Shown: piece after piece, positions 50,052 to 60,384 of the stretch
How positions within the stretch are numbered: the first letter of the stretch is position 1
Layout of the letters: every line of letters starts with the position of its first letter
From: Calditrichia bacterium
GTDB taxonomy: Bacteria; Calditrichota; Calditrichia; JAJRVZ01
Assembly: GCA_963796965.1 (NCBI GenBank)
Contig: CAWCNS010000009.1
Coordinates: 672,001 to 736,000, forward strand
Length of the DNA: 64,000 bases
Reading direction: 5' to 3'
Program-made: the position numbers and the translations under genes
The notes under the pieces: generated by a model
The model's input: only the letters and a program-made list of their open reading frames with translations
What the model was told of the DNA's origin: nothing
Databases searched by the model: none

Positions 50052-52598
50052 ATGAATTATTTCTCACATATTAGATATTTTTCTACTTGCATTATTTTAT
50101 CTTTTTCTTCTTTTCTATTTTCCCAGGAGTTAGTGACTGTTAATGGAACTGTTTTTGATTCAGAATCGATGAAACGCTTACATGGCGCTGAACTAATTAT
50201 TGAAGAATTGGGTCGTGGTACAACCTCTGATGAAAATGGGAACTACACTTTTACTTCTGTCCCGCAGGATGTGTATACACTAAGTGCTAGTTTTATCGGA
50301 TATAGGGTATCAAAAAAATCGCTGATTACGAAGAATATTTCTGAAACAACTCTAACAATTATGCTTATGCCCATGGTATTAACCGGGCAAACAATTGAAG
50401 TGACCGCTACCCGGGCCATAGATGGGGAATCGCCTGTAGCCTTTTCTAATATTACCCGTGATGACCTAGAAGATAATTATACAGCGAGCGATATTCCTCT
50501 GCTTCTCGATCAACTCCCCGGCGTATATTCTTATTCTCTTACCGGGGACAACCTTGGGTATTCATTTTTGAAGATCCGCGGCTTTGATCAATCACGTGTT
50601 GGTGTGATGATCAATGAAATTCCCATAAATGACCCGGAGGATCAGCAGGTTTATTGGATTGACCATCCCGATTTAGCAGAAAGTGTAGAAGATATTCAGG
50701 TTCAAAGGGGTGTAGGAAGCAGTATCTACGGTACTTCTACGTTTGGAGGATCTGTAAATATCAATACAAAAAATTTCAGTTCGAGACGAACGGCCAAGAT
50801 CACCTTTGGTGGGGGGAGTTTTAACACCCGAAAGGTAATGGCCGAATACCAATCAGGGATGGTACAAAATACTTATGGTTTTTATGGAAGAATCTCCAAG
50901 ATAACAAGCGATGGATACCGGAACGACTCATCATCGGATCTATTAGCCTATTTCCTTGGCATTGAACGGTATGACAAAAACATAGTTACCCGCTTGAACA
51001 TATTTAGTGGACACGAACGGACACATCCGGATTGGGATGGTATTCCAGAGGATATCCTGGCAACTGACCGACAATATAAAAAAGAAACTTATGAAAATGC
51101 CGTTGATGACTTTACCCAACCACAGATTCATTTGATTAACGATTGGCAACTCTCTCACAATTTAAATTTAACGAATACCTTTTACCTGGTTCACGGGCAG
51201 GGGTATTATGAAAATGCAAAACAAGAAGCGAAACTTACTGACTACGGAATGACCTATTTTAATACCATTGAACCAAATCTATTTGGTTCAGACTCCTTGT
51301 ATTATTATCAATCCGATGGCGATACAGCATTGTATCGTACAAGTGATGGTGATTATGTTGTTAAACGAACAGATCTAACCAGACAAAAATATGTGAATAA
51401 AAATCACTATGGGTGGATTGGCAAATTAACGGTTACTGGAGACGATGAAGTCCTTACTCTTGGTACGTCAATCTATAAGTTTAAAAGTAATCATCATGGC
51501 CAAGTGGTATGGGCAAAAAATCTTCCCTATATATATAACCCTGAAAGAAAATATTATAAATACAATGGAAGCAAAAACAATATATCAGCATATCTAAATT
51601 ATCTGTATAATATGTTTCCAAACACAAAAGTTCTGGTTAATATGCTATATGAGCATAAAAATTATGCGTTTAAACAAGAAAAAACGGCATTATTTTCAGG
51701 CGCTTCATTAAATCAATATGATGTTTCCTATAATTTTTATAGTCCCCGTATGGGAATTAATTTTAAAGTATCTGACGAATTTAGCTTTTTCGGAAATATT
51801 TCATACGCCCAGAGGGAACCGGCGGATAACGAACTGTTTGATCTCTGGACTGGACCCGATGACCTTGGCGCTACGCCATTGTTCGCAAAAAGTGATACAA
51901 TCCGTGTGAATGGAGAAATCCAATATGTCAAATGGGAAGAGCCCTATGTTGAGCCCGAATCAGTTATCGACTACGAGGCCGGCCTATCCTATTTCAGTGA
52001 AAATTTTGCAGCTAAGGCGAATCTATATTATATGGATTTCTCGAATGAGATCGTACCCCTTGGATCCAGGGACAAAGATGGTAATCCAATTCGGGGAAAT
52101 TCCGACAAAACGATTCACAGTGGCTTGGAACTTTCTCTTGATTATAATCCCACAAATAATATTAAAATGACTGGTAATCTGGCCTGGAGTAAGAACTTTT
52201 ACCATCTGTATTTTGAAAAAAGCTGGGACGGTGAGGTAGTTGATCGCAGTGGAAATACAATTGCAGGATTTCCTGATTTAATTGGTAACTTTGGTTTATC
52301 CGGTTCATGGCAAAGTTTTTCCTCTGCCTTATTTCTTAAATATGTGGGTAAACAATATCTTGACAATACGCAAAATGAAAATAGAATCATCGATCCATTT
52401 ACCCGACTTGATTTAATTTTGGGTTATCGCATTAAAGATTTCTATTATTTTCCTGAAATTAGATTTCTATTTAAGATTATTAATGTTCTAGATGAAGAAT
52501 ATGAGACAGCAGGATATTATGATAGCTGGGGAGGATTGGCTTATTATTACCCTGCAGCTATACGAAACTACTACTTTTCCATAAGCTTTAATCTTTAA
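50052..52598 (+). CDS. TonB-dependent receptor, probable thiamine uptake
   Basis: Signal peptide, carboxypeptidase-regulatory-like N-domain, plug (IRGFDQSRVGVMINEIPIND, IQVQRGVGSS...FGGSVNI), C-terminal barrel ending FNL; under a TPP riboswitch. Confidence 0.85.
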   Translation: MNYFSHIRYFSTCIILSFSSFLFSQELVTVNGTVFDSESMKRLHGAELIIEELGRGTTSDENGNYTFTSVPQDVYTLSASFIGYRVSKKSLITKNISETTLTIMLMPMVLTGQTIEVTATRAIDGESPVAFSNITRDDLEDNYTASDIPLLLDQLPGVYSYSLTGDNLGYSFLKIRGFDQSRVGVMINEIPINDPEDQQVYWIDHPDLAESVEDIQVQRGVGSSIYGTSTFGGSVNINTKNFSSRRTAKITFGGGSFNTRKVMAEYQSGMVQNTYGFYGRISKITSDGYRNDSSSDLLAYFLGIERYDKNIVTRLNIFSGHERTHPDWDGIPEDILATDRQYKKETYENAVDDFTQPQIHLINDWQLSHNLNLTNTFYLVHGQGYYENAKQEAKLTDYGMTYFNTIEPNLFGSDSLYYYQSDGDTALYRTSDGDYVVKRTDLTRQKYVNKNHYGWIGKLTVTGDDEVLTLGTSIYKFKSNHHGQVVWAKNLPYIYNPERKYYKYNGSKNNISAYLNYLYNMFPNTKVLVNMLYEHKNYAFKQEKTALFSGASLNQYDVSYNFYSPRMGINFKVSDEFSFFGNISYAQREPADNELFDLWTGPDDLGATPLFAKSDTIRVNGEIQYVKWEEPYVEPESVIDYEAGLSYFSENFAAKANLYYMDFSNEIVPLGSRDKDGNPIRGNSDKTIHSGLELSLDYNPTNNIKMTGNLAWSKNFYHLYFEKSWDGEVVDRSGNTIAGFPDLIGNFGLSGSWQSFSSALFLKYVGKQYLDNTQNENRIIDPFTRLDLILGYRIKDFYYFPEIRFLFKIINVLDEEYETAGYYDSWGGLAYYYPAAIRNYYFSISFNL

Positions 52599-52627
52599 AT
52601 GTCTATAATTCGGAAGACCTTGAATAA

Positions 52628-53278
52628 ATGGGAATTAAAAAGAAACCACAATCCATCTTAGTTATAGCAAACGGTCGATTACCCCAGAAATATTATGTCA
52701 AAAGGTTAGTCTCAGGGGCCCGATACATCATTGCCGTTGATGGCGGTAGTAATTTTTGTTATGAAGAAAATATTTACCCTCATTTTATAATAGGTGATTT
52801 GGATTCCATCGATAACAAAGTACTAAAACATTTTCATGATGCAGAAATTATTCAGATTAAAGATCAGAATCGACACGACCTCGATAAAGCCTTGGAATTT
52901 GCACAATCGCTAAGTCCCGACAAAATAGCTGTGGTCGGAGCATTTGGTAAGCGGCTTGATCATTCTATTGCTAATCTACTGCTTCTTCAATCATTAAAAT
53001 CCAACTGTTCAATTACCTTTTTTGATGACTATGGCAGGTTATCCCTTTTAAGTGAAAATCACAAAATCGATTGTTACAAAAACCAGACCGTTTCTCTATT
53101 CAGTTTCTTACCCATACAGGGATTAACTCTGGAAGGATTCAAATATTCTCTTCAAAACCAAGATTTTCCAAATGGATTTAGTGGACTCAGCAATATAGCT
53201 ATTACAGATCAGCCAAAAATTATAATTAAAAGCGGCTCTTTATTTCTATATATTATTCATGAAGACATTACAACTTAA
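52628..53278 (+). CDS. thiN: Thiamine diphosphokinase
   Basis: IAVDGG, IGDLDS, DQNRHDLDKAL, GAFGKRLDHSIAN, GLSN. Confidence 0.9.
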   Translation: MGIKKKPQSILVIANGRLPQKYYVKRLVSGARYIIAVDGGSNFCYEENIYPHFIIGDLDSIDNKVLKHFHDAEIIQIKDQNRHDLDKALEFAQSLSPDKIAVVGAFGKRLDHSIANLLLLQSLKSNCSITFFDDYGRLSLLSENHKIDCYKNQTVSLFSFLPIQGLTLEGFKYSLQNQDFPNGFSGLSNIAITDQPKIIIKSGSLFLYIIHEDITT

Positions 53279-54671
53279 CTACTGGGACTATTTAGTCTTA
53301 ATTACTTATATTCTGATTCTTTTTTACCTTGGATATCGAGCCTATCGAAGGACAGATAAGAAGAGTGCAGACGATTTTTTATTGGGCAACCGCCTTCTTA
53401 GTTTACCTGCATTTATTGCTACTCTGGTCACAACCTGGTATGGTGGTATTTTGGGTGTTGGTGAATTTGCTTATTTGTATGGAATTTCCAGTTGGTTCGT
53501 CTTTGGGCTACCCTATTATATATTCGCGGGCCTGTTTGCTGCATTGCTGGCTGGAAAAATAAGAAATGCCGGGCAAATAACTATTGCTGATATGTTCTAT
53601 GCCCAGCATAATAAAGCTGTAGGTATTTTGGGAAGTATCTTCCTTATATTTATGACAACCCCGGCACCCTATATCCTCATGATCGCTCTCCTGTTGCAAA
53701 TTATAATGGGCTGGTCGTTTCTTGTCTCCCTACTAATAGGTACGATTATTTCAACATGTTACGTGTACTTTGGAGGATTTCGTTCTGTTGTTCAAACAGA
53801 CAAGTTTCAATTTATTCTCATTTATTCGGGTTTTCTTATCATACTTATTTATCTGGTTAAAGATTTTGGGGGATATTCATTTTTATCACATCGGCTATCT
53901 CCTAATCATCTGACCTGGCATGGTGGTAATACTTTTCAGTATATATTTGTTTGGTTTTTTCTTGCTAGTTGGACTTTTGTTGATCCTGGATTTCATCAGC
54001 GCTGTGCTGCTGCAAAATCTACACTTATTGCCAGGAAAGGAATTTATGTTTCCATTCTATTTTGGTTCATTTTTGACTTTTTAACAGTTAGTACAGGTTT
54101 GTATGCAGGAGCAATTTTAAATGATATTGATCCCATATTAGCCTATCCAATGTTGGCAAATAGGGTACTGCCTCCATTTTTAAAGGGATTATTTATTACA
54201 GGTTTGTTAGCTGTAATTATGTCGACAGTAGATAGCTTTTCCTTTTTATCAGCCATTACTTTTGGGCGGGATTTGCTCTGGCGTCTCAGTACAACTAAAA
54301 AGCTAACGCTAAGTGGATATACACGTCTTGGTCTTTTCATTACTGCCCTATTATCGATTGCTCTCTGTATCGTGTTCCCCTCAGTAATCGAATTATGGTA
54401 TGTAATTGGAAGTTTGTTTATCCCTCCGATGATTCTACCATTATTAACTGCCTACTTTCCAAGACTAAAACTTTCAGGAAATCAAACACTATTTATCATG
54501 ATAATTAGCTTTTCCATATCTTTAGGCTCCTTTATCATCGGTCAGCTAAACATTCAAGATGGTAATCCCAGGTACCTTTTTGAGTTAGAACCCTTTTTTC
54601 CTGGTATAATCACATGCATTTTGCTATTTATTGTTCTAAAAACATTAAGCAGTAAAATTAATCAGAAATAA
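53259..54671 (+). CDS. Sodium:solute symporter family protein, probable thiamine permease
   Basis: DFLLGNR, TTWYGG, YVYFGGFRSVVQTD, DPGFHQR, AVIMSTVDS; many TMs; overlaps thiN. Confidence 0.82.
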   Translation: MKTLQLNYWDYLVLITYILILFYLGYRAYRRTDKKSADDFLLGNRLLSLPAFIATLVTTWYGGILGVGEFAYLYGISSWFVFGLPYYIFAGLFAALLAGKIRNAGQITIADMFYAQHNKAVGILGSIFLIFMTTPAPYILMIALLLQIIMGWSFLVSLLIGTIISTCYVYFGGFRSVVQTDKFQFILIYSGFLIILIYLVKDFGGYSFLSHRLSPNHLTWHGGNTFQYIFVWFFLASWTFVDPGFHQRCAAAKSTLIARKGIYVSILFWFIFDFLTVSTGLYAGAILNDIDPILAYPMLANRVLPPFLKGLFITGLLAVIMSTVDSFSFLSAITFGRDLLWRLSTTKKLTLSGYTRLGLFITALLSIALCIVFPSVIELWYVIGSLFIPPMILPLLTAYFPRLKLSGNQTLFIMIISFSISLGSFIIGQLNIQDGNPRYLFELEPFFPGIITCILLFIVLKTLSSKINQK

Positions 54672-54830
54672 ATCTCAAACTGAGATCGAATTGCTTCTTT
54701 GCTAACGATAAAATAAATTCCCACTTAACGCGTATTAATAGCATTTTTATTGTAAGTAGAATATTACTTCTTTATCATGATGACATTGTCAGTAACTCAA
54801 TTATTTTTTCTATAAAAAAGTTGAATATCT

Positions 54831-55847
54831 ATGGGTACTTTATATAATCGAATTAAACGATACTGGAAACCTGGACTAAGCTATGGGCTTGGGCTCCGCA
54901 ATTCTCTGGCGGGGCCAATAACGGTACATATCGAAACAACAAATATTTGCAATTTCCGGTGTGTCTATTGTCCGCAAAGTAATCCTGAAGACCATTTTAC
55001 GATTTTGGGCCGGGGTAAAATGGCACTAGATGATTACAAAATAATTATAGATAAAATAACCAACACCTGGCCCTTAGAAGAAATTATCCTTACGCGAGAC
55101 GGAGAACCACTGGTTCATCCTCAATTAGGTGATTTTATTGCATATGCATCAGAAAAGAGATTACAGGTAACCATTGGATCAAATGGGTCCTATTTTAATG
55201 ACGATCGCGTAAAAGAGCTAATTGACAATGGGTTGACAAAAGTCAAAGGCGATTTTTGCTATGACAAAAAAAAATATGAGGATTTAAGAAAAGGAGGTGT
55301 CTGGGAAGACGTTTTAGGTGGCTACCAAAATTTGGTGCAATATGCCATCAAAAATAATAAAAATTTCCAGTTGATTTTGGTTGATTTAAACAGTTATGGA
55401 CTAAAGAATTCGGAAGAAGTTGAAGATAGTATACACAAACTAAAGAATTTGTTCGACTTCCCGGAGAGATTCCTTTCTATTGGCCCATCTATCATGCATA
55501 ATGCATTTAATGAAGCACAAACAATCCTTTCTACCAGCAACAAGCTAGATAAAAGAAAATATAATCGTTGTCATCATCCCTGGATTGAACTTATTATTGA
55601 CTATAAAGGAAATGCCGTTGGTTGCTGTAGAGATCTGCGGAGCGAGTATATTCTCGGAAATGTAATGGACAGCGAGGATATTATTAATGATATCTGGAAC
55701 GGTGAACAGATGCAAAACCTGAGAAAGAAATTAGCCAATAAAAAACCTGAAGAAATTTCAATCTGTAGTAAATGTGACCTTCCTTATGGTGTATCCTATG
55801 CTGGCCGTGGTATTCTTAATAAATATATTCGTTTCTTAAAAAGATAA
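54831..55847 (+). CDS. Radical SAM protein with SPASM/Twitch domain
   Basis: ETTNICNFRCVYC, GEPLVHP, CHHPW...GCCRD...LGNV...IWNG...ICSKC. Confidence 0.87.
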   Translation: MGTLYNRIKRYWKPGLSYGLGLRNSLAGPITVHIETTNICNFRCVYCPQSNPEDHFTILGRGKMALDDYKIIIDKITNTWPLEEIILTRDGEPLVHPQLGDFIAYASEKRLQVTIGSNGSYFNDDRVKELIDNGLTKVKGDFCYDKKKYEDLRKGGVWEDVLGGYQNLVQYAIKNNKNFQLILVDLNSYGLKNSEEVEDSIHKLKNLFDFPERFLSIGPSIMHNAFNEAQTILSTSNKLDKRKYNRCHHPWIELIIDYKGNAVGCCRDLRSEYILGNVMDSEDIINDIWNGEQMQNLRKKLANKKPEEISICSKCDLPYGVSYAGRGILNKYIRFLKR

Positions 55848-55875
55848 CTTCCATATTTTGATCAAGATTCTCAGA

Positions 55876-57552
55876 TTAATTTTGATCACCACCTGGAATA
55901 TCTTTTAGTAATGCTTTTCCGGGTTTGGCTCCCGTATGTTGTCCTTGCTCGACAACCATTTTTCCATTTACAATAACATAATTGATCCCCTGGGGGTATT
56001 GATGAGGTTGGACATATGTTGCCATATCTTTGACTTTTTGTGGATCAAAAATCACGATATCAGCCGCCATGCCTCTTTTTAATATCCCACGGTCAAGCAG
56101 ACCTAACCGGGCAGCTGGTAATGATGTCATTTTTCGGATAGCCTCGGAAAGTGATATAACATTCTCATCACGTACATATTTTCCAAGAATCCTTGGGAAA
56201 GTTCCATATGCCCGAGGATGGGGATTTCTTTTCCCCATTAATCCTTCCGGTCGGTATGCATCTTCATCTGTGCAAAAAGAAACCCAAGGCAATTGCAATT
56301 TTTTTGATACATTTTCCTCAGACATCAGAAAATATATACCTCCCCCATAACCCTCTTCTTCGACGAGTAAATCAAAGATGACCGAAATTTCATCTTTCTT
56401 TTTTATTTTAGCAATCTCTTCTATTGATTTCCCTTGTAATGATTTGTTCTTTTCTGAAAGATAACTGACTAAAATACCTTTACCTCCTCCTGCCATTTGA
56501 TAAAAATTTTCCCATCCTGATCTACTGGTAAGTATTTCGTTTCGAATTCTATCACGAATGTTATCATCTCTTAACCGTTCAATAAGAGCTTCATCTCCAC
56601 CTTCCTTCGCCCAGGGTGGTATCATTGCATCCAAACCGGTTGCACCTGCTGTATAAGGATAAATATCTGCCGTAATATCAAGACCTTTTGCATGCGCATC
56701 TTTAATTTTCTTAATAGCTATCTCGAGCAAATCCCAATTTTCTTTTCCAGCCGCTTTAAAGTGATATATCTCCGCAGGAATTTCAGCCTTTTCACTAATC
56801 GTGAGAATTTCATCGATTGATTCAAGAAGATCCCCACCTTCGCCACGAATATGGGAGATGTATATCCCACCATATTCTGCTGCTACTTTAGATAGTTCTA
56901 CTAGCTCATTTGTATTCGCGTAAAATGCAGGTGTATAGACAAGACTTGATGCAACACCTAGTGCACCTTCTTTCATTGCATCACGAACCAGATCCTTCAT
57001 TTGCTTCATTTCTGCAGGAGATGCCTGTCGATCTTCGAAACCAATAACATACATCCGAACTGTAGTTGCACCGATAAATGAGGCGATGTTTACTGACGAC
57101 CCCTTTTCCTCCACATATTTCAGATAATCCGATAATGAATCCCAATCATAAGATATATTGTATTCTAACCAAAAATTTTTCATCCCTTGTTTAATGTTCT
57201 CGTTAACCGGACCCATTGACCAGCCTTCACCAAAGATTGCTGTTGTTATGCCTTGTTGCACGACACTGCGGACTTCCCCATCATAGAGCACAGGGCCGGA
57301 AGCCCAGGATAAAATGTCGATAAATCCAGGAGAAATAATTTGCTCCTTAGCATCGATCTCAAGTTTTCCGGAAGCAGAAATATGTTCCTCAATTACTTTA
57401 ATTCTATCACTTTGAATTCCAATATCTGACTTGTATCCCTTGGAACCACTACCATCCAGGATCGTTCCATTGCGGATTATAATGTCATACTCATCCCAAT
57501 CACATCCATTAAACAGTAAAAATGGTATAGAAAGAACTAACAAAAATTTCAT
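55876..57552 (-). CDS. N-acyl-D-amino-acid deacylase family amidohydrolase, lipoprotein
   Basis: Lipobox FNGC; PGFID, QGITT, SHIRGE, YHFK, HPRAYGTFPRILG, RKMTSLPA, ADIVIFDP. Confidence 0.85.
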   Translation of the reverse strand: MKFLLVLSIPFLLFNGCDWDEYDIIIRNGTILDGSGSKGYKSDIGIQSDRIKVIEEHISASGKLEIDAKEQIISPGFIDILSWASGPVLYDGEVRSVVQQGITTAIFGEGWSMGPVNENIKQGMKNFWLEYNISYDWDSLSDYLKYVEEKGSSVNIASFIGATTVRMYVIGFEDRQASPAEMKQMKDLVRDAMKEGALGVASSLVYTPAFYANTNELVELSKVAAEYGGIYISHIRGEGGDLLESIDEILTISEKAEIPAEIYHFKAAGKENWDLLEIAIKKIKDAHAKGLDITADIYPYTAGATGLDAMIPPWAKEGGDEALIERLRDDNIRDRIRNEILTSRSGWENFYQMAGGGKGILVSYLSEKNKSLQGKSIEEIAKIKKKDEISVIFDLLVEEEGYGGGIYFLMSEENVSKKLQLPWVSFCTDEDAYRPEGLMGKRNPHPRAYGTFPRILGKYVRDENVISLSEAIRKMTSLPAARLGLLDRGILKRGMAADIVIFDPQKVKDMATYVQPHQYPQGINYVIVNGKMVVEQGQHTGAKPGKALLKDIPGGDQN

Positions 57553-57723
57553 TGGTGCTCCTGATAGTCAAAAAAATGTTGATGAAAAATTAGAATTAAA
57601 CCGAATAAAACTTTATTAATATAAAAATAAATCCCGTCAGTATATAATTCTTTAGTTGTCCAGCTAGAATCTATGAGATTCATTAAGGAGATATTACCAA
57701 AATTTTAAATTTGCTTTAATAAA

Positions 57724-58567
57724 TTACAACCCGAGAAGTATTATAGCCATGATGCCTGTTAATAGAGCTATTATTCCAACTGAATTTAGTTTTTCCTTCC
57801 ATATCAAGGCCGCTCCAAACGTGGTTAAAAGAATAATGCCGATATTTGTCGTGGGATATACTATTATCGCCCGTAATTGCGATAATGCTATCAATAAAAA
57901 AACCGTACTAAATACATTGGGAATGCCTAACATCGCCCCTCTTAAAAATACTGCTCTTTGTATTGGAATCCTTTTCCAGTATAGGACAACTAATGTGTAT
58001 AAAAATGAACTAAAAAATATTATAAATATAAATAAAGATTTCTCCGTCTGAGGGCGCCAATTTTGGAAAACCTTCATACAAAAATCACTGACTCCTATAC
58101 CTATCAGCACCGTGAGAAGATAAAAATAATCCTTTAATTCTAATTCCCGATCCTTCTTAGTATTTAAAGAATGATAAAAAAGAAAAACAGTAAGGATGGT
58201 AAAGATAAAGCCCAATATTTGAACAATGGATGGCTTTTCTGAGAAAAAAATGATTGATAACAGCAAAGGGACTACAACTGAAAGGCGAGAACTTACTGTT
58301 GCAAGAGCAGTTCCGGCTAGGTTCACTGCTTTTGCAAAAGAAAAAAAGGAAAACACAAAAAGAAAACCTAAAACTGCCCCAAAAAGTATCGTTTCGAAAC
58401 TTACAGCATATGATTCATCAAAAACTACAAATCCAAACCCTATACCAGCAGCAACCAGATAGTTACCCGACAATAGAATCAGGGGTTCCCCTCCCCTGGC
58501 TTCATTATATTTCAAAATAAGAGCAATGCTGGTAGAGCATAATATAGTTAAAAATAAAGCCTATCAT
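57724..58567 (-). CDS. EamA/DMT family transporter (+1 frameshift at 58560-58561)
   Basis: About 10 TMs. ATG 58567 overlaps the upstream TGA; MI-ALFLTILCSTSIALILKYNE is restored by removing one G. Confidence 0.75.
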
Positions 58568-60240
58568 CAGACCTGATGTCTCAAAACTCTACCGGAACGT
58601 TTTTCCGTATGTTTACCCTTATTTACCGCTAACTGTCCATTTACAAATACATATTCAATACCCGTTGCTGTTTGATGAGGATTTACAAACGTGGCCCTAT
58701 CAATAACTGTTTTTGGGTTAAATATTGTGATGTCAGCAAAGTACCCGGCTTTTAAAACACCTCTTCCTTTTAAACCCAGCTTTTCCGCTGGCATGGCTGT
58801 CATTTTTTTTATGGCTGTGGATAAATCAATACAGTGATCTTCCCGGCAGTATTTCCCTAAGACTCTTGCAAATGTGCCGTAGTAGCGGGGATGGGGTTTG
58901 CCTGTGCCCAATTTTCCTTGAGGTGATATCGCATTACCATCAGATCCTATCATCACGTAAGGCGAGGATAATACCTTACACAAGTTATCTTCATTCATGG
59001 CAAATCCTATAATGTCAGTCTGGCATTGCTCTTCTATAAGGAGGAGACGTATAAATTCAGTTTCCGGAACACCAAGCTCAACCGCACATTCCTGGATACT
59101 TTTCCCCTCCAAGTATTTATTGCTCTCATTGTGACAGGAATTGATTATAACTCTATCCCATCCACCGATCCCGTCGCCCCGGCTCTGAACATATTGGATG
59201 ATTTTAGAGATTTGATTACGGTCCTCAAGTCTTGATATAATCTCATCAGTATTGCCCTGTCTCGCCCAAAGTGGAAGGAAAATATTTAAACCAGTACCGT
59301 AAGCCACATAGGGATAACGATCTGCCTTAACCGGAAGTCCGCTTCTATTGGCATCCTCTAATATTTGGAGCATCTTTTCAACTTTATGCCAGTTTGCCTG
59401 GTTACATGCTTTTAGATGCGCAATTTCGAGAGACACATTTGCTTCCCGGCAAATTCGAACAGCTTCCTCTATCGCTTCTATTAATGTATCATCTTCATTT
59501 CGCATATGGGTGTTATAAATACCCCCATTTTGGGCCACAACCTTGCTGAGCTCAATTAACTCCTCTGTTGAGGCATAACTTCCCGGCGCATATTCGAGTC
59601 CTGTAGATAATCCAAAACTTCCTTCCCGCATGGTTTTGTCTATGATTCTTTTCATCTCTTTCATTTGATCGGAGGTTGGAGCAACATCATTCTTTCCAAC
59701 GACAAAACCCCGAAGGGAACCATGACCGGTAAAAGTAGCGTAATTGATGGAAATTTTATTCTTCTCTAATGCACCTAAAAAGCCGTTTATCTCGTTCCAC
59801 CTTTCATCAATACCATAACGCTCTTTCAAACTTTTACTTAATTCGTTACCGTCTTCCACTGTAAGAGGAAAAGGTGAGTAACCACAGTTGCCGGAAACTT
59901 CAGTTGTAACCCCTTGTAATATTTTACTCATGCCCCTTGGGTCTACTAATAGTTCTGTATCTGTATGGGTATGAATATCAATGAAACCGGGAGCGACGAT
60001 CAGATCTGTGGCATCAATCTCCAAATCAGCACGTGCATTGTTTATATTTCCCAGAACGACAAGCTTCTCACCAATAATACCCAGGTCCGATTTAACTGCT
60101 TTCGTTCCCTGCCCGTCAAGCACAAGACCATTTTTTATGAGAACATCAAATTCATTATTAAAAGTACATCCCACAAACAATCCTGCCGTAGCAGCAGAAG
60201 CGGTTTTCATAAACGAACGACGTCCTATTTGTTTCATCAT
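58567..60240 (-). CDS. N-acyl-D-amino-acid deacylase family amidohydrolase with Tat (lipo)protein signal
   Basis: GRRSFMK...VGC; PGFIDIHTHTD, GNCGYS, THMRNE, AHLK, GSDG, HPRYYGTF. Confidence 0.88.
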   Translation of the reverse strand: MMKQIGRRSFMKTASAATAGLFVGCTFNNEFDVLIKNGLVLDGQGTKAVKSDLGIIGEKLVVLGNINNARADLEIDATDLIVAPGFIDIHTHTDTELLVDPRGMSKILQGVTTEVSGNCGYSPFPLTVEDGNELSKSLKERYGIDERWNEINGFLGALEKNKISINYATFTGHGSLRGFVVGKNDVAPTSDQMKEMKRIIDKTMREGSFGLSTGLEYAPGSYASTEELIELSKVVAQNGGIYNTHMRNEDDTLIEAIEEAVRICREANVSLEIAHLKACNQANWHKVEKMLQILEDANRSGLPVKADRYPYVAYGTGLNIFLPLWARQGNTDEIISRLEDRNQISKIIQYVQSRGDGIGGWDRVIINSCHNESNKYLEGKSIQECAVELGVPETEFIRLLLIEEQCQTDIIGFAMNEDNLCKVLSSPYVMIGSDGNAISPQGKLGTGKPHPRYYGTFARVLGKYCREDHCIDLSTAIKKMTAMPAEKLGLKGRGVLKAGYFADITIFNPKTVIDRATFVNPHQTATGIEYVFVNGQLAVNKGKHTEKRSGRVLRHQV

Positions 60241-60384
60241 CGAATCTCCTTTTCAATTGCTAAAATTTGTATTCAAAAGATAATAATTTTTATGTTTAGT
60301 ACCCAAAAGAATATGTTAGTGCAGCTCTGCCATTAGTCTGGTGAAATTCTAGGAAAATATTCTACGTTTAATTTTGTGGTAATT

